DNA of 64,000 nucleotides, from positions 108-64,107 of the forward strand of contig LJTN01000018.1 of NCBI GenBank assembly GCA_001303415.1. The letters run 5' to 3'. Positions 27,271 to 36,887 of this stretch are shown here, in pieces (position 1 is the stretch's first letter; each line of letters starts with the position of its first letter). Both the position numbers and the translations under genes were made by a program. The notes under the pieces were generated by a model, which was given only the letters and a program-made list of their open reading frames with translations, was not told where the DNA came from and ran no database searches. This DNA is from Myxococcales bacterium SG8_38. GTDB taxonomy: Bacteria; Myxococcota_A; Polyangia; Polyangiales; Houyiibacteriaceae.

Positions 27271-29003
27271 TCGCCCCTCATCTCGGAAATCCTTTGCCCG
27301 GCGTCGGCGATACGCTGCTCGAGCGTCTCCGGCGATGCGGTCTTGACGGCGCCAAATGCGACTCGGACCGCTGCGAGGTCGAGCTTGTCGAAAGCGACGC
27401 CTTCTCCGAGCGCGGCCGTTCCCGTGCTCATGAGCGCCCACAGAAGGCGGGCCAAGTGGTAGGTCTTGAAAACGGAAGAAAACGCATCGTGCGGATGGAA
27501 GGCGTTTTGGCCGATCAGAAACTCCCTTGCGATCCGAGCCCCCTCGAGAACGAGGCGATCGCTGTCTTCGAGGGCTTCGACGCCCACGAGCCCCGCGATC
27601 TCCCGAAGCTCCCTGTCGCGTTGGAGCAGGCGAATCGTCTCGGTCCTCAGCTTCGGCCAGTCTTCACCGCCTTCTTTGCCAAACCATTCAGTCGTCGTCT
27701 CGGCATAGAGGCTGTAGCTCGTATCCCAATCGACGGCGGGAAATTGACGTTGGTGCGCGAGGCGAGGGTCTAGCGCCCAAAGCGCGCCGACCACGCGAAG
27801 CGCTGCTTGCGTCACGGGCTCGGCAAAGTCGCCGCCGGGCGGTGAAATGGCCGTAATGAACGTCACAGCGCCGGTGCGCGACGGCTCTCCCTCGCTCTCG
27901 ACTCGTCCGGCCCGTTCGTATAGACGGCTCATCCGGTTGGCCAGGTACGTGGGATAGCCTTCCTCACCGGGCATCTCTTGCAGGCGGGCTGCGATCTCGC
28001 GAAGCGCCTCCGCCCAACGGGAGAGCGAGTCGGCCAGGATCGCTACGTGGTATCCCATGTCGCGGTAGTACTCCGCGATGGTCATGCCTAGGTACACGGA
28101 AGCGTCTCTCGCGGCAACGGGCATGTTGGACGTGTTCACGATGAGGATCGTGCGATCCATGATGGGACGCCCCGTGAGAGGATCGGTGAGCCGGCTGAAG
28201 TCATGCAAGACCTCGGCCATCTCGTTGCCCCGTTCGCCGCATCCGATGTAGACCATCACGTCCGCTTTGGCGTATTTGGCAAGCGACTGCTCGATGACGG
28301 TCTTGCCCGTGCCGAATCCGCCCGGCACGGCGACAGAGCCGCCTTCGACGACGGGGAACAAGAGGTCAAACACGCGTTGGCCCGTGATGAAGGGACGGTC
28401 CCCGGGCAGCCGCCGCGCCATCGGCCGCCGCTCCCGGATGGGCCAGGTATGCGACAGCGACAAGGCAGTGCCATCTTCGAGCGCGCCAATCGAGTCCGAG
28501 ATGGTGAGCTCTCCGCCTCGAATGTCTTCAAGCCGCCCCTCGATGCCCGGCGGGACGAGAATTCGATGCATCATATCGGGCCGCTCTTCGATCACACCGA
28601 GCACATCCCCGCCACGAACCACCATCCCCGGCTTTGCGGTCGGCGAAAACGACCACCGGGCTTTGGGGTCGAGCGTTGGCATGGTCATCCCTGCAGCCAG
28701 GAAGTTGCCGGACTGCCCTGCCAATCCCTGGAGCGGCCGTCCCACGCCATCGAGGATCGAGCCGAGCAAACCCGGTCCGAGCTGGGTCATCAGCGAGCTG
28801 CCGGTTCGGCGGACGGGTTCCTCGAGCGCGAGGCCGCTGGTCTCCTCGAAGACCTGAATCGTGGCGACATCGCCGCGCAGACGGATGACCTCCCCTAGCA
28901 GCCCTCTCTCTCCCACTTCGACGAGCTCGTACAGAGCAGCATCGCCCAAGGGCTGCGCTTCTGCGATGGCGCCAGCAATGCGCGTGATGCGTGCCTTGGT
29001 CAT
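27267..29003 (-). CDS. atpA: V/A-type ATP synthase subunit A
   Basis: GGFGTGKT (Walker A), GCGERGNEM, NTSNMPVAAR, EMPGEEGYP. Confidence 0.97.
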   Translation of the reverse strand: MTKARITRIAGAIAEAQPLGDAALYELVEVGERGLLGEVIRLRGDVATIQVFEETSGLALEEPVRRTGSSLMTQLGPGLLGSILDGVGRPLQGLAGQSGNFLAAGMTMPTLDPKARWSFSPTAKPGMVVRGGDVLGVIEERPDMMHRILVPPGIEGRLEDIRGGELTISDSIGALEDGTALSLSHTWPIRERRPMARRLPGDRPFITGQRVFDLLFPVVEGGSVAVPGGFGTGKTVIEQSLAKYAKADVMVYIGCGERGNEMAEVLHDFSRLTDPLTGRPIMDRTILIVNTSNMPVAARDASVYLGMTIAEYYRDMGYHVAILADSLSRWAEALREIAARLQEMPGEEGYPTYLANRMSRLYERAGRVESEGEPSRTGAVTFITAISPPGGDFAEPVTQAALRVVGALWALDPRLAHQRQFPAVDWDTSYSLYAETTTEWFGKEGGEDWPKLRTETIRLLQRDRELREIAGLVGVEALEDSDRLVLEGARIAREFLIGQNAFHPHDAFSSVFKTYHLARLLWALMSTGTAALGEGVAFDKLDLAAVRVAFGAVKTASPETLEQRIADAGQRISEMRGE

Positions 29004-29329
29004 TGCAATCTCACCCGGTAGCCGATTGCGCGCCTGAGGATCTCGACGATGTATTCGTGTGCCGTGGATTCAGCCGTCCATTTGGGTCCCGGCACCGGAA
29101 TGACGACGGGAAGCGAGAGGCGTCGCAGAGTCCGGCTCGTTTCTTCGGGCAGGTCCTGATGGAGGGACTCTTCGATGATCACCACACCTGCGCGATCCTC
29201 TTCGATGAGCTTCTCCAGGCGTTCCCCTGCGTGGGCGCCGTCCGTCGCTTCGAGCACCCTGACGCCGGCCAAGGAAAAGCCGGCGCTCAATCCCGGGCGG
29301 GCGATTACGACGAGCCGTCGCTCGGTCAT
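29000..29329 (-). CDS. atpF: V/A-type ATP synthase subunit F
   Basis: GFSLAGV...GVVII...PVVIPVP...RRAIG; 4-nt overlaps with both neighbours. Confidence 0.9.
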   Translation of the reverse strand: MTERRLVVIARPGLSAGFSLAGVRVLEATDGAHAGERLEKLIEEDRAGVVIIEESLHQDLPEETSRTLRRLSLPVVIPVPGPKWTAESTAHEYIVEILRRAIGYRVRLQ

Positions 29330-30345
29330 GCCATCACCAATTCGGATTGGATGAGTGCCGCCGGGGCCTCCAGCGCGATGCCCCACAGGATACGCTGCAA
29401 GTTGAGGACTTCGGCCCGAAGCTCGAGCGCGAAGGCGATGATCGGCGCCGCGCCCGCGGGATCCAGCCGCATGGATCGGCGTTGCCAGGCGATCTGTGCT
29501 TGGAGCACGGCACTTTCCAGCTCTGTCACGTTCTCCAACGGCTTCCCCTCGAATGCCGCGTGAAGCGGCGATGCGCGAAGCTCCAACGCGAGTCGCCGCT
29601 CGACGTCGGTTCGATGCTCGAGGCTCCACAGGGCTTCGAACGTCTCGCGATCGAGCCAGCGGCCCCCCTCCACGAAGACCAGGTCGGCCACGGAAGAGTC
29701 GCGCTCCGGGAAGTGCAGTAGCGCAGACCAGGCGTTCATCACGTCGATCACTTGCTGGACGTAGTCGACCAGCTGGGCTCCTCCCTCGGGGGAGCGTTCC
29801 AGCGCACGTCGGGCGAATGCGTGTTGAAGGGCGAGCTCGAGGTGCAGAAGCGACGGATGGGACTCGCTCGCTGCGGGAACCAGGGGAGGGCCGAACGGGT
29901 GATGCCACAACACCAACATCCGAACGACGTCGGCCGTCGTCGGTTGGGTCGCCAAGACGCGAAGGGCTCTTTCCGACAGATGCTTCGTGGGGACCAGCCC
30001 CGACAGTCGAGATTCCGATGCCGCGCCCTTTGCAGCTCCCCGGAGGATCGACTGAATCGAGCGGCGATCCTCGTCCTCGAGCAAGACGGCCAACACCGCA
30101 TCGCGGCCTTCGCTCGCCCATCGGGCCAAGACCGACATCTGCTCGGCCGCTCGGCGCCGAACCTCCCGCTCGAGGCTTTCGGGGGTTGCAGGCGCATCCG
30201 ATCGCGTGAAGCCGCGGGCGCTCAGCTCCCGATGCAAAGCGGGCAGATTTCCCGCCCTAGCCAGCTGCTCGAAGTCTTGCGGCTGCAGCAGGTGCGTTCG
30301 GAGCCCGCGGGCACGTGTGTTGATGTCGCCTAGATACTTGGTCAT
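29326..30345 (-). CDS. atpC: V/A-type ATP synthase subunit C (d/AC39)
   Basis: INTRARGL..LL, IDVMN, EVLNLQRI; position in the operon. Confidence 0.85.
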   Translation of the reverse strand: MTKYLGDINTRARGLRTHLLQPQDFEQLARAGNLPALHRELSARGFTRSDAPATPESLEREVRRRAAEQMSVLARWASEGRDAVLAVLLEDEDRRSIQSILRGAAKGAASESRLSGLVPTKHLSERALRVLATQPTTADVVRMLVLWHHPFGPPLVPAASESHPSLLHLELALQHAFARRALERSPEGGAQLVDYVQQVIDVMNAWSALLHFPERDSSVADLVFVEGGRWLDRETFEALWSLEHRTDVERRLALELRASPLHAAFEGKPLENVTELESAVLQAQIAWQRRSMRLDPAGAAPIIAFALELRAEVLNLQRILWGIALEAPAALIQSELVMA

Positions 30346-30347
30346 CG

Positions 30348-30926
30348 CTAGATCTCTTCGAGGCGCTTGTGGATCTCGATCGCCAAGATGGAACCGAGAC
30401 GGTCGAGCCGGGTCTCGAGCGTTCCGTCCACGACGAGCGATCCTCCTTTCCCGATTACCTTGAAGCCGCTGTCCGCGTTTTGCTCGGCTTCCACCGACAT
30501 GTTGCGCAGATCTCGAGCGGCCTCGAGCACCGCCGGCCGCAATTCATCCGAGCATCGCACGACCGCTCCCTGCTCTCCGACGAATGCGACTGCATCTCGC
30601 AGCTCCTTTCCGAGCGCCGAGGCATAGGCGCGGCTCCGCGCGGCTTCGGGAAGCCGCCTGCGTGCCTCGTGCAGCACTCGGTCTACCACCTTCGTCTTCG
30701 CGAGGAGCACCGCGCGCATCGCAGCGTGCCGTTCCGCCGCCACCTGTGCACGAGCCTCGGTCCGGAGTTCTCGGTCTTTCTTCCCCAAGACGGCGCGCCG
30801 CCTGTCCTCGATGCGCCTGTCCGCTTCAGACGCAAGACGGTCTGCCTCCGCTCGCGCCGCGTCCATGATCGACTCGGCGGTGCGCTCTGCCCGCAGGCGC
30901 AGCTCGGTACGAAGATCGGCGGCCAC
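30348..30926 (-). CDS. atpE: V/A-type ATP synthase subunit E
   Basis: Coiled-coil N-terminus, GFKV...VDGTLETRL; position in the operon. Confidence 0.85.
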   Translation of the reverse strand: MAADLRTELRLRAERTAESIMDAARAEADRLASEADRRIEDRRRAVLGKKDRELRTEARAQVAAERHAAMRAVLLAKTKVVDRVLHEARRRLPEAARSRAYASALGKELRDAVAFVGEQGAVVRCSDELRPAVLEAARDLRNMSVEAEQNADSGFKVIGKGGSLVVDGTLETRLDRLGSILAIEIHKRLEEI

Positions 30927-30932
30927 CGCTCG

Positions 30933-31154
30933 TCAGCCTCCGGCTTGCAGCAGGATCAGCACGGACACGACGAAGCCGAGGATGGCGACGGTTTCCGGAA
31001 TCGCGATCAAGAGGATTACCGTCACCGACATTTCAGGCTTCTCCGCTAGCGTCGCCGCCGCGGCAGGGCCGATCCGCGACTGGGCCCAGGCGGTAGCCAA
31101 GGCAGGGATGGCCAACGCCAGCGCCGCGCTCAAGTACAGTGAAACCATTTCCAT
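30933..31154 (-). CDS. atpK: V/A-type ATP synthase subunit K/c (proteolipid, single hairpin)
   Basis: 73 aa, two TM helices, AWAQSRIG...IAIPETVAILG with the conserved Glu. Confidence 0.92.
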   Translation of the reverse strand: MEMVSLYLSAALALAIPALATAWAQSRIGPAAAATLAEKPEMSVTVILLIAIPETVAILGFVVSVLILLQAGG

Positions 31155-31155
31155 A

Positions 31156-33048
31156 TCATTTGCTCCTCTCCGCAGATGCGTTTTCTCGTGCAGACCAATG
31201 TCGAAAGGGTTGGTATTGCGCACCACCCGGACTGTAGAACTTCTGAAAGAACTCCACGTAGTGGAGTCGAAGCAAGTGGATAGTCGGGCTGAAGACCCCG
31301 ATGACGAAATTGATGAGGTGAAAGAGGAGCGCGAAAAGAACGCCAACCACCACGCCGCCAAACGCACCAATCATTCGATTCGCGACGACGGCCATCATGA
31401 CCGAAGCGGTGCCGACCGCCATGATACGAGCGTACGAAAGCACGTTACCCAAGGTCGACACGAACTCGATGGGAGCCAAGATTCCTTCGCCGACGACCAG
31501 AATCGGAAACGCGACGAGCACTGCGATGACCAGAGGCGTGAAGAAGCGCTCCGGGAGCATGCCGGCAGCTGCCAGCAGGGCCAGCGCAATCAACACGATC
31601 ATCAATGCGGCCATGCCGCGCCCGACTGCGTGGCGCTTGTCGCGGCGAAACGTCTGCACCGCCCCAATCAGCAAGCCGAGCACGATGTGAACGACGCCAA
31701 GCGCCACCGCTAGACCGAGAAATGGGAAAAACGCCTCTTCGCGATTGATGACGATTGGATGGAGGCCCACGTAGTGCCCGAGATCCCCGAAGAGCTCGCC
31801 GTACAGAAAGCCGAAGATGATGGAGAAGAGCGCACAGGCGAACCCGATCTCGGCGATCGAGCGAACCTTCGAGTCGGGTTTCGATCGAAAGCGCAGAAAG
31901 AGCGATACCGCAGCGAGAATCACGCCGTAACCGATGTCTCCCAGCACGACTCCGAAGAACATCGGAAAAAGAATCGCCACGAACGGGGTCGGATCGATCG
32001 AGCCATACTTGGGCAGCGGCATCATGCTCGTGATGGCCTCGAACGGACGGAATAGCCGCGGGTTCTTCATGACGACGGGCGCAGTGTCGCCGGACCACTC
32101 GGATTTCGCCAAGGTATCCACCTCGACGCTATCGCCAAACGACGTGCGGACGCGTTTTTCGAGATCGGAAAGGGCCGCGGCCGGAATCCAGCCTTCGAGG
32201 ACGAACGCCCGCGAGGTGGTCACGGCTTTCTCCATGGCGTCGACGGTGCTGAGCCGATCTCGGACGAACGCCTGAATTTGCAGGAGCTCCGGGCCCCGTT
32301 CGAGCGCGATCTGTCGCTTTTTCTCGCCCAGCGCGGAAAGCTGCGCGGGGAGTTGCTCGAGGCGCTCTTGCATTCGTTGCATGGTGGCGCCGACGCTTCG
32401 TTCCTCGAACTGGTCCGGCAGAGAGAGGGACTGTACGCCAGACGCGCTGAGCAGCTGCTCGGCCTCGCGTGCATTCGCTGCGGATACGGCGAGGAGCATC
32501 GCGGACTCTCCCGCTTCGGATGGCTGACCCAAGAGCTCGAACCCCTCACCGAGCGCCTCGCGTAGCGCAGCGCGAAGACGCGCCAAATCCGCCTGGCCGC
32601 CTTCTCGTAGAACCAGGTAAAAGACGCGGATTCCCTTGGCGTCGAGGCCTGCCTCCATCCGCTGAAAGACCACAAAGAACGGGCGAAATTTCATGATCAA
32701 GGATCGCTCTTCTTCGAGCTCGTCGCGCTCTTCACGCAACGTCTCGAGGTGCCTTCGTGTTCGTCCGGCCACCAAAGCGGCTTGGGGCAACGTCCACGAT
32801 TGCTGCGTTCGCTGCACGTGCAGGGGCTCTCCCTCGAGGAGCGCGAGCGCGGCCTCTGCATCTTCGAGAATCTTGCGAATCATTCGAACGTGCCGCTGCT
32901 CTTCGTGCGGGATGGTCAGAGGCTCGAGCGACTCGGTCTCGGGCGCGTCGATCAGGTGGACGAGGCCGACGTCCTGGATACATCGCAGGACCGATTCCAG
33001 CTCGTCGATCGGACCGAGAATCCGGATGCGGGACATCTCGAGGATCAA
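31156..33048 (-). CDS. atpI: V/A-type ATP synthase subunit I (a)
   Basis: LEGWIP, P.YGSIDPTP, FFGVVLGDIGYG, LSYARIMA, RLHYVEFF.KFY. Confidence 0.95.
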   Translation of the reverse strand: MILEMSRIRILGPIDELESVLRCIQDVGLVHLIDAPETESLEPLTIPHEEQRHVRMIRKILEDAEAALALLEGEPLHVQRTQQSWTLPQAALVAGRTRRHLETLREERDELEEERSLIMKFRPFFVVFQRMEAGLDAKGIRVFYLVLREGGQADLARLRAALREALGEGFELLGQPSEAGESAMLLAVSAANAREAEQLLSASGVQSLSLPDQFEERSVGATMQRMQERLEQLPAQLSALGEKKRQIALERGPELLQIQAFVRDRLSTVDAMEKAVTTSRAFVLEGWIPAAALSDLEKRVRTSFGDSVEVDTLAKSEWSGDTAPVVMKNPRLFRPFEAITSMMPLPKYGSIDPTPFVAILFPMFFGVVLGDIGYGVILAAVSLFLRFRSKPDSKVRSIAEIGFACALFSIIFGFLYGELFGDLGHYVGLHPIVINREEAFFPFLGLAVALGVVHIVLGLLIGAVQTFRRDKRHAVGRGMAALMIVLIALALLAAAGMLPERFFTPLVIAVLVAFPILVVGEGILAPIEFVSTLGNVLSYARIMAVGTASVMMAVVANRMIGAFGGVVVGVLFALLFHLINFVIGVFSPTIHLLRLHYVEFFQKFYSPGGAQYQPFRHWSARENASAERSK

Positions 33049-33428
33049 CCGCGACCTCCTCGTTCCTCGCCTCCGATGAGGAGCCGGATGACATGATCTG
33101 CGAGCGCTCCGATCGTCGCCTCGCTCAGCTCGTCGAGCCTCTGTTCTTCGGCTCGCGCCTCATCGCGAATGGCAGCGATCTCCTCGTCCCGCTCGCGGGC
33201 GACCTCTGCGCGAATCGATTCCTGCTCCGCTTCGAGCTTGGATTCGAGATCTCGCAAACGCTTTTCAGATTCCGCGCGCGCCGTCTCCACCAGCTCGGCG
33301 GCGCGGCGCTTCGCGTCATCGAGCATTCGATCCAGCTCTCGCTCGGTCTCTAGAAGGCGTGCGAGCTTGTCCTCTGCCCTGGAGCTCGAGCCCCTAGCGC
33401 TATTCTTTTCGGTTGCCGACACGTCCAA
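33045..33428 (-). CDS. V/A-type ATP synthase subunit G/H (peripheral stalk)
   Basis: Charged coiled-coil of about 127 aa, first gene of the operon, overlapping the atpI start. Confidence 0.75.
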   Translation of the reverse strand: MDVSATEKNSARGSSSRAEDKLARLLETERELDRMLDDAKRRAAELVETARAESEKRLRDLESKLEAEQESIRAEVARERDEEIAAIRDEARAEEQRLDELSEATIGALADHVIRLLIGGEERGGRG

Positions 33429-33472
33429 CTACCGTGTCCAAACCTACCAGAACACGCCCTTTCGTGGTGTGG

Positions 33473-34648
33473 TTAAAGGAGGGGTTTACGGCGAGGAGCC
33501 CACAGCACGAGCGCACCCACTGCGGTGATCCCACCCGCGGTCCAGAAGGTGGGGCCGTACCCCCAAGCCGCTGCGGCCGATCCGAGCGCATACGCAAAAA
33601 ATGCATGCCCTCCGTTGAAGGCGCCGTGCACGATGGATACGACCATTCCGCGCGAGGACGCATCGGCTCGCTCGATCCCCAGCGCGGTCACGGCCGGATA
33701 GGCGATGCCATGCGCGAGGCCCATCATGGAGCCGATGACGAAGAGACGGCCGGGGCCCAGAAGACCCAGCGCCGGAGGAACGATGGCGTACAAGCACAGG
33801 GCGACGAGGGAGGACCGCAACACACCGAAGCGATCGATCAGGCGCCCGCCGCCGAGTCGAACGCTCAGCGCGACGATCGCGAAGCCGATGAAGAAGCCGC
33901 GCACCTCGGTCACGCCTCGACCGAGCGCGTACGGCTGGTGCAAGGTGAAGAGCGCCGTGAAGCCTGCGGTCATCAGGAACACGGTGCCGTACACGCGCAA
34001 GAGCGAAGCGCCGAAGATGGGTACGCGAGACTCTTGGGCATGCGGTCGGTGACGGTGCGGCTCCTGCAGACGCGTGCTGAAGAGGCTTGCGAGCAAGCCG
34101 GCGGTCGCGCTGACCACGAAGACCGGCTTCCAACCTTGGGTGTCGGCTAGAAGCTCACCGAGGGTCGGCGAGACGGCATTCATTCCGAGATTGGCTGCTC
34201 CGAAGAATCCGAGTGCCTGGGCCATGCGATCGCTTGGGGCGATGTCGGCGGTCATGGTGCCCGCCGCGTTGAAGCCCATGACCATGCCGACCCCCCAGCA
34301 GACTTGCGCGGCGTAGAGGAGCGGACCCTCGTGATCGACGAGCACGTAGAGCGATCCCGTGAGCGCCAGAATCAGATTGCCCACGACGAGCCATCGCTTG
34401 CGCTCGTATCGATCGACGAGCCAGCCCACGAAAGGCGTGGCCAGCACGGCGGTCAGCCCTTGCACGGACACGGCACGTCCGATGGCCGCGGCGTCCATGT
34501 CGAGCGCGGTCGCGTAGAACTTCGGCAGTATCAGGTAGAACGACCACGAGAAGCCGAACATCGAAGTCGACGCGAGCAGCAACACGAACTGGCGAGACAG
34601 GAGCCGTGGACGGGCCGGCGGCGCCGGAGGCTCGAGGGACGTGGGCAT
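33473..34648 (-). CDS. MFS transporter
   Basis: About 12 hydrophobic segments; GWLVDRYERK and GRLIDRFG motif A. Confidence 0.9.
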   Translation of the reverse strand: MPTSLEPPAPPARPRLLSRQFVLLLASTSMFGFSWSFYLILPKFYATALDMDAAAIGRAVSVQGLTAVLATPFVGWLVDRYERKRWLVVGNLILALTGSLYVLVDHEGPLLYAAQVCWGVGMVMGFNAAGTMTADIAPSDRMAQALGFFGAANLGMNAVSPTLGELLADTQGWKPVFVVSATAGLLASLFSTRLQEPHRHRPHAQESRVPIFGASLLRVYGTVFLMTAGFTALFTLHQPYALGRGVTEVRGFFIGFAIVALSVRLGGGRLIDRFGVLRSSLVALCLYAIVPPALGLLGPGRLFVIGSMMGLAHGIAYPAVTALGIERADASSRGMVVSIVHGAFNGGHAFFAYALGSAAAAWGYGPTFWTAGGITAVGALVLWAPRRKPLL

Positions 34649-34800
34649 GCGCCGTGTTTAGCATCCAGAATCCGGCCGTGGTTCAGAGTTTCACGTCCAA
34701 ATTCGGGGGCTTTGAAAAAGGCGTCACCGCTGGTAGGCTTTTTTGGCGGTCTCCGACTTCTGGCTTGCTTGCCAATTTCCGTTTGATTGGAGGGAAGCCT

Positions 34801-35304
34801 ATGCGTGTTGCTGATGTCATGAGTAGCAGGCCGGTGACGATCTCCCCGGAAGCGCAGGTCGACGAAGCGCTTCGACTCGCATCGACCTATGGGGTTGCAC
34901 ACTTGGTGGTGACGCGGGGGCGCCTGCCGGTCGGCGTGGTTTGTGTTCGATGCGACCTGGGGAATGCCAAACCGCGGCATTCCGTCGGTCAGTACATGAG
35001 ACGTCCAGTCACGATCGGGGCGTACGAAACCGCCGAGCGAGTGAGCAGGCGGATGTGTCAGCGCGGCGTGGGAGCCGTCATCGTCCGAGGCGGAGACGCC
35101 AGCTGGGGGATCGCAACCAGGGGCGATCTTCTGCGGGCCGGCTTCAAGGCCGGGGACGAGGCAGGGCTCTTCTTCTGCGCGGCGTGCGGCACCCATACCC
35201 ACGTCCATCCGGTTCCCGGCTCGAAGTGGGTCGCCTTCTGCGTCGATTGCTGGGACCGCGCAGGCCCTCCCCAAATCGGCGACGACCTCGGCGTCTCCGA
35301 CTAA
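34801..35304 (+). CDS. CBS-pair protein with a C-terminal Zn-ribbon (CxxC...CxxC)
   Basis: MRVADVMSS.PVTISP, VGQYMRRPVT, GIATRGDL; CAACG...CVDC. Confidence 0.75.
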   Translation: MRVADVMSSRPVTISPEAQVDEALRLASTYGVAHLVVTRGRLPVGVVCVRCDLGNAKPRHSVGQYMRRPVTIGAYETAERVSRRMCQRGVGAVIVRGGDASWGIATRGDLLRAGFKAGDEAGLFFCAACGTHTHVHPVPGSKWVAFCVDCWDRAGPPQIGDDLGVSD

Positions 35305-35405
35305 CGGGGACACGCAGCCCCCCAAAACATCGCTACTTTCAGCCCGTTACCGGGGACACCGCGAAAATCCGGCGCCGGCTCGGGTTTTCGCGGTATGCCT
35401 CGCAA

Positions 35406-36887
35406 GTGGACGAGATAACTCCGTTCGCGAGGGGGGATCGTGTCCCCTTTCGGATTTCGTCCTGGGTGTTTGGGCGAGTGTTGGGGGGGGTCTTGCTCGT
35501 GGCGTTTGCGTCCTTGGCGGCGCAGGCCAAGGGGCTTTTTGGCGCGAGCGGCGTGGCGCCGATCGCAGCGCTGGTCGGGTCCGCCAAGCGTGCGGAGCAC
35601 AGCTTCTGGCAACACCCGAGCGCGTTCTGGTGGAACAGCAGCGACGAGATGATCGCGGCGGTGTGGATCGTCGGGATCGTCGCGGCCGTCGCGCTGTCGT
35701 TGGGGCTCATGCCAAGGGTCGCCTTGGCCCTCTCGTGGTTTGCCTATCTGTCGTTCGTCAGCCTCGGATGGCCGTTCATGTCGTTTCAGTGGGACACGCT
35801 CCTCTTGGAAGTGACCTTCACGGCGTTCTTCTTCGCGCCGTGGCGCATTTGGGACCGCCTTCCGAGCCATCCGGACCCTCATCCGATTGCACGGTGGGCC
35901 ATTTGGTGGCTGCTGTTTCGACTCATCTTTCGATCGGGCTACGTGAAGCTCGCCAGCGGCGACCCCACCTGGGCCGATCTAACCGCGTTGACCTATCACT
36001 ACTGGACCCAGCCATTGCCCACCGTGATTGCGTGGTACGCAAGCTTGCTGCCGACGTGGTTTCATCAGCTCTGTTGCTTGCTGATGTTCGTGATCGAGCT
36101 CGGCGTGCCGTTCCTCATCTGGGTTCCACGCCCGTGGGCGCGCCGCTCGGCAGCGGCCTCGATCGGGATGCTGATGGTTCTCATCGCCCTCACGGGGAAC
36201 TACGGCTTCTTCAACCTTCTCACGATCGCGCTTTGCATTTCTCTGCTCGACGACCGGCTCATGCAACGCCTCGTGCCGGCCCGGTTCCTGCCGGGCGACC
36301 CCAACGTACGGCGTTCCACGTGGGACGTCCGTCCCGGCGTGGCACCCGCCCTGATCATCGGCGTCACCGTGGTGGTCTTCTTCATGGGCACCTTCGGCGA
36401 GCGCTTTCCCCGATGGCTCGGACCCATCTACCCCTTCAGCACGTTCAACAACTATGGGCTCTTTGCGGTGATGACCACCGAGCGACCGGAGATCAGCCTC
36501 GAAGGATCCCGAGACGGCGAAACCTGGCAGCCCTACGTGTTTCGATACAAGCCTGGACCGCTCGATCGGCCCCCGGTATGGACCACTCCGCATCAGCCGC
36601 GCCTGGACTGGCAGATGTGGTTTGCCGCCTTGGGCGACTACCGGCGAAACATCTGGCTCAGCAACTTGATGCGGCGGTTGCTCGAGGGGGAGCCCACCGT
36701 GCACGAGCTCCTCGGCGAAAACCCTTTTGGCGACGAGCCGCCGAAACAGGTGCGGGCCATCGTTCGTCCATACCGATTCACGACACCCGAGGAACGCGAG
36801 GCCACCGGCACCTGGTGGAACCAGGGCGATCCCGCGCTCTACGCGCCGATTCTCGGCGAACGGTTCGAGCCGCCTAGTACTGAATAG
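35406..36887 (+). CDS. Lipase maturation factor family membrane protein
   Basis: FQWDTLLLE, KLASGDPTW, HYWTQPLP, TGNYGFFN, YGLFAVMT, PHQPRLDWQMWFAA; start approximate. Confidence 0.92.
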   Translation: MDEITPFARGDRVPFRISSWVFGRVLGGVLLVAFASLAAQAKGLFGASGVAPIAALVGSAKRAEHSFWQHPSAFWWNSSDEMIAAVWIVGIVAAVALSLGLMPRVALALSWFAYLSFVSLGWPFMSFQWDTLLLEVTFTAFFFAPWRIWDRLPSHPDPHPIARWAIWWLLFRLIFRSGYVKLASGDPTWADLTALTYHYWTQPLPTVIAWYASLLPTWFHQLCCLLMFVIELGVPFLIWVPRPWARRSAAASIGMLMVLIALTGNYGFFNLLTIALCISLLDDRLMQRLVPARFLPGDPNVRRSTWDVRPGVAPALIIGVTVVVFFMGTFGERFPRWLGPIYPFSTFNNYGLFAVMTTERPEISLEGSRDGETWQPYVFRYKPGPLDRPPVWTTPHQPRLDWQMWFAALGDYRRNIWLSNLMRRLLEGEPTVHELLGENPFGDEPPKQVRAIVRPYRFTTPEEREATGTWWNQGDPALYAPILGERFEPPSTE

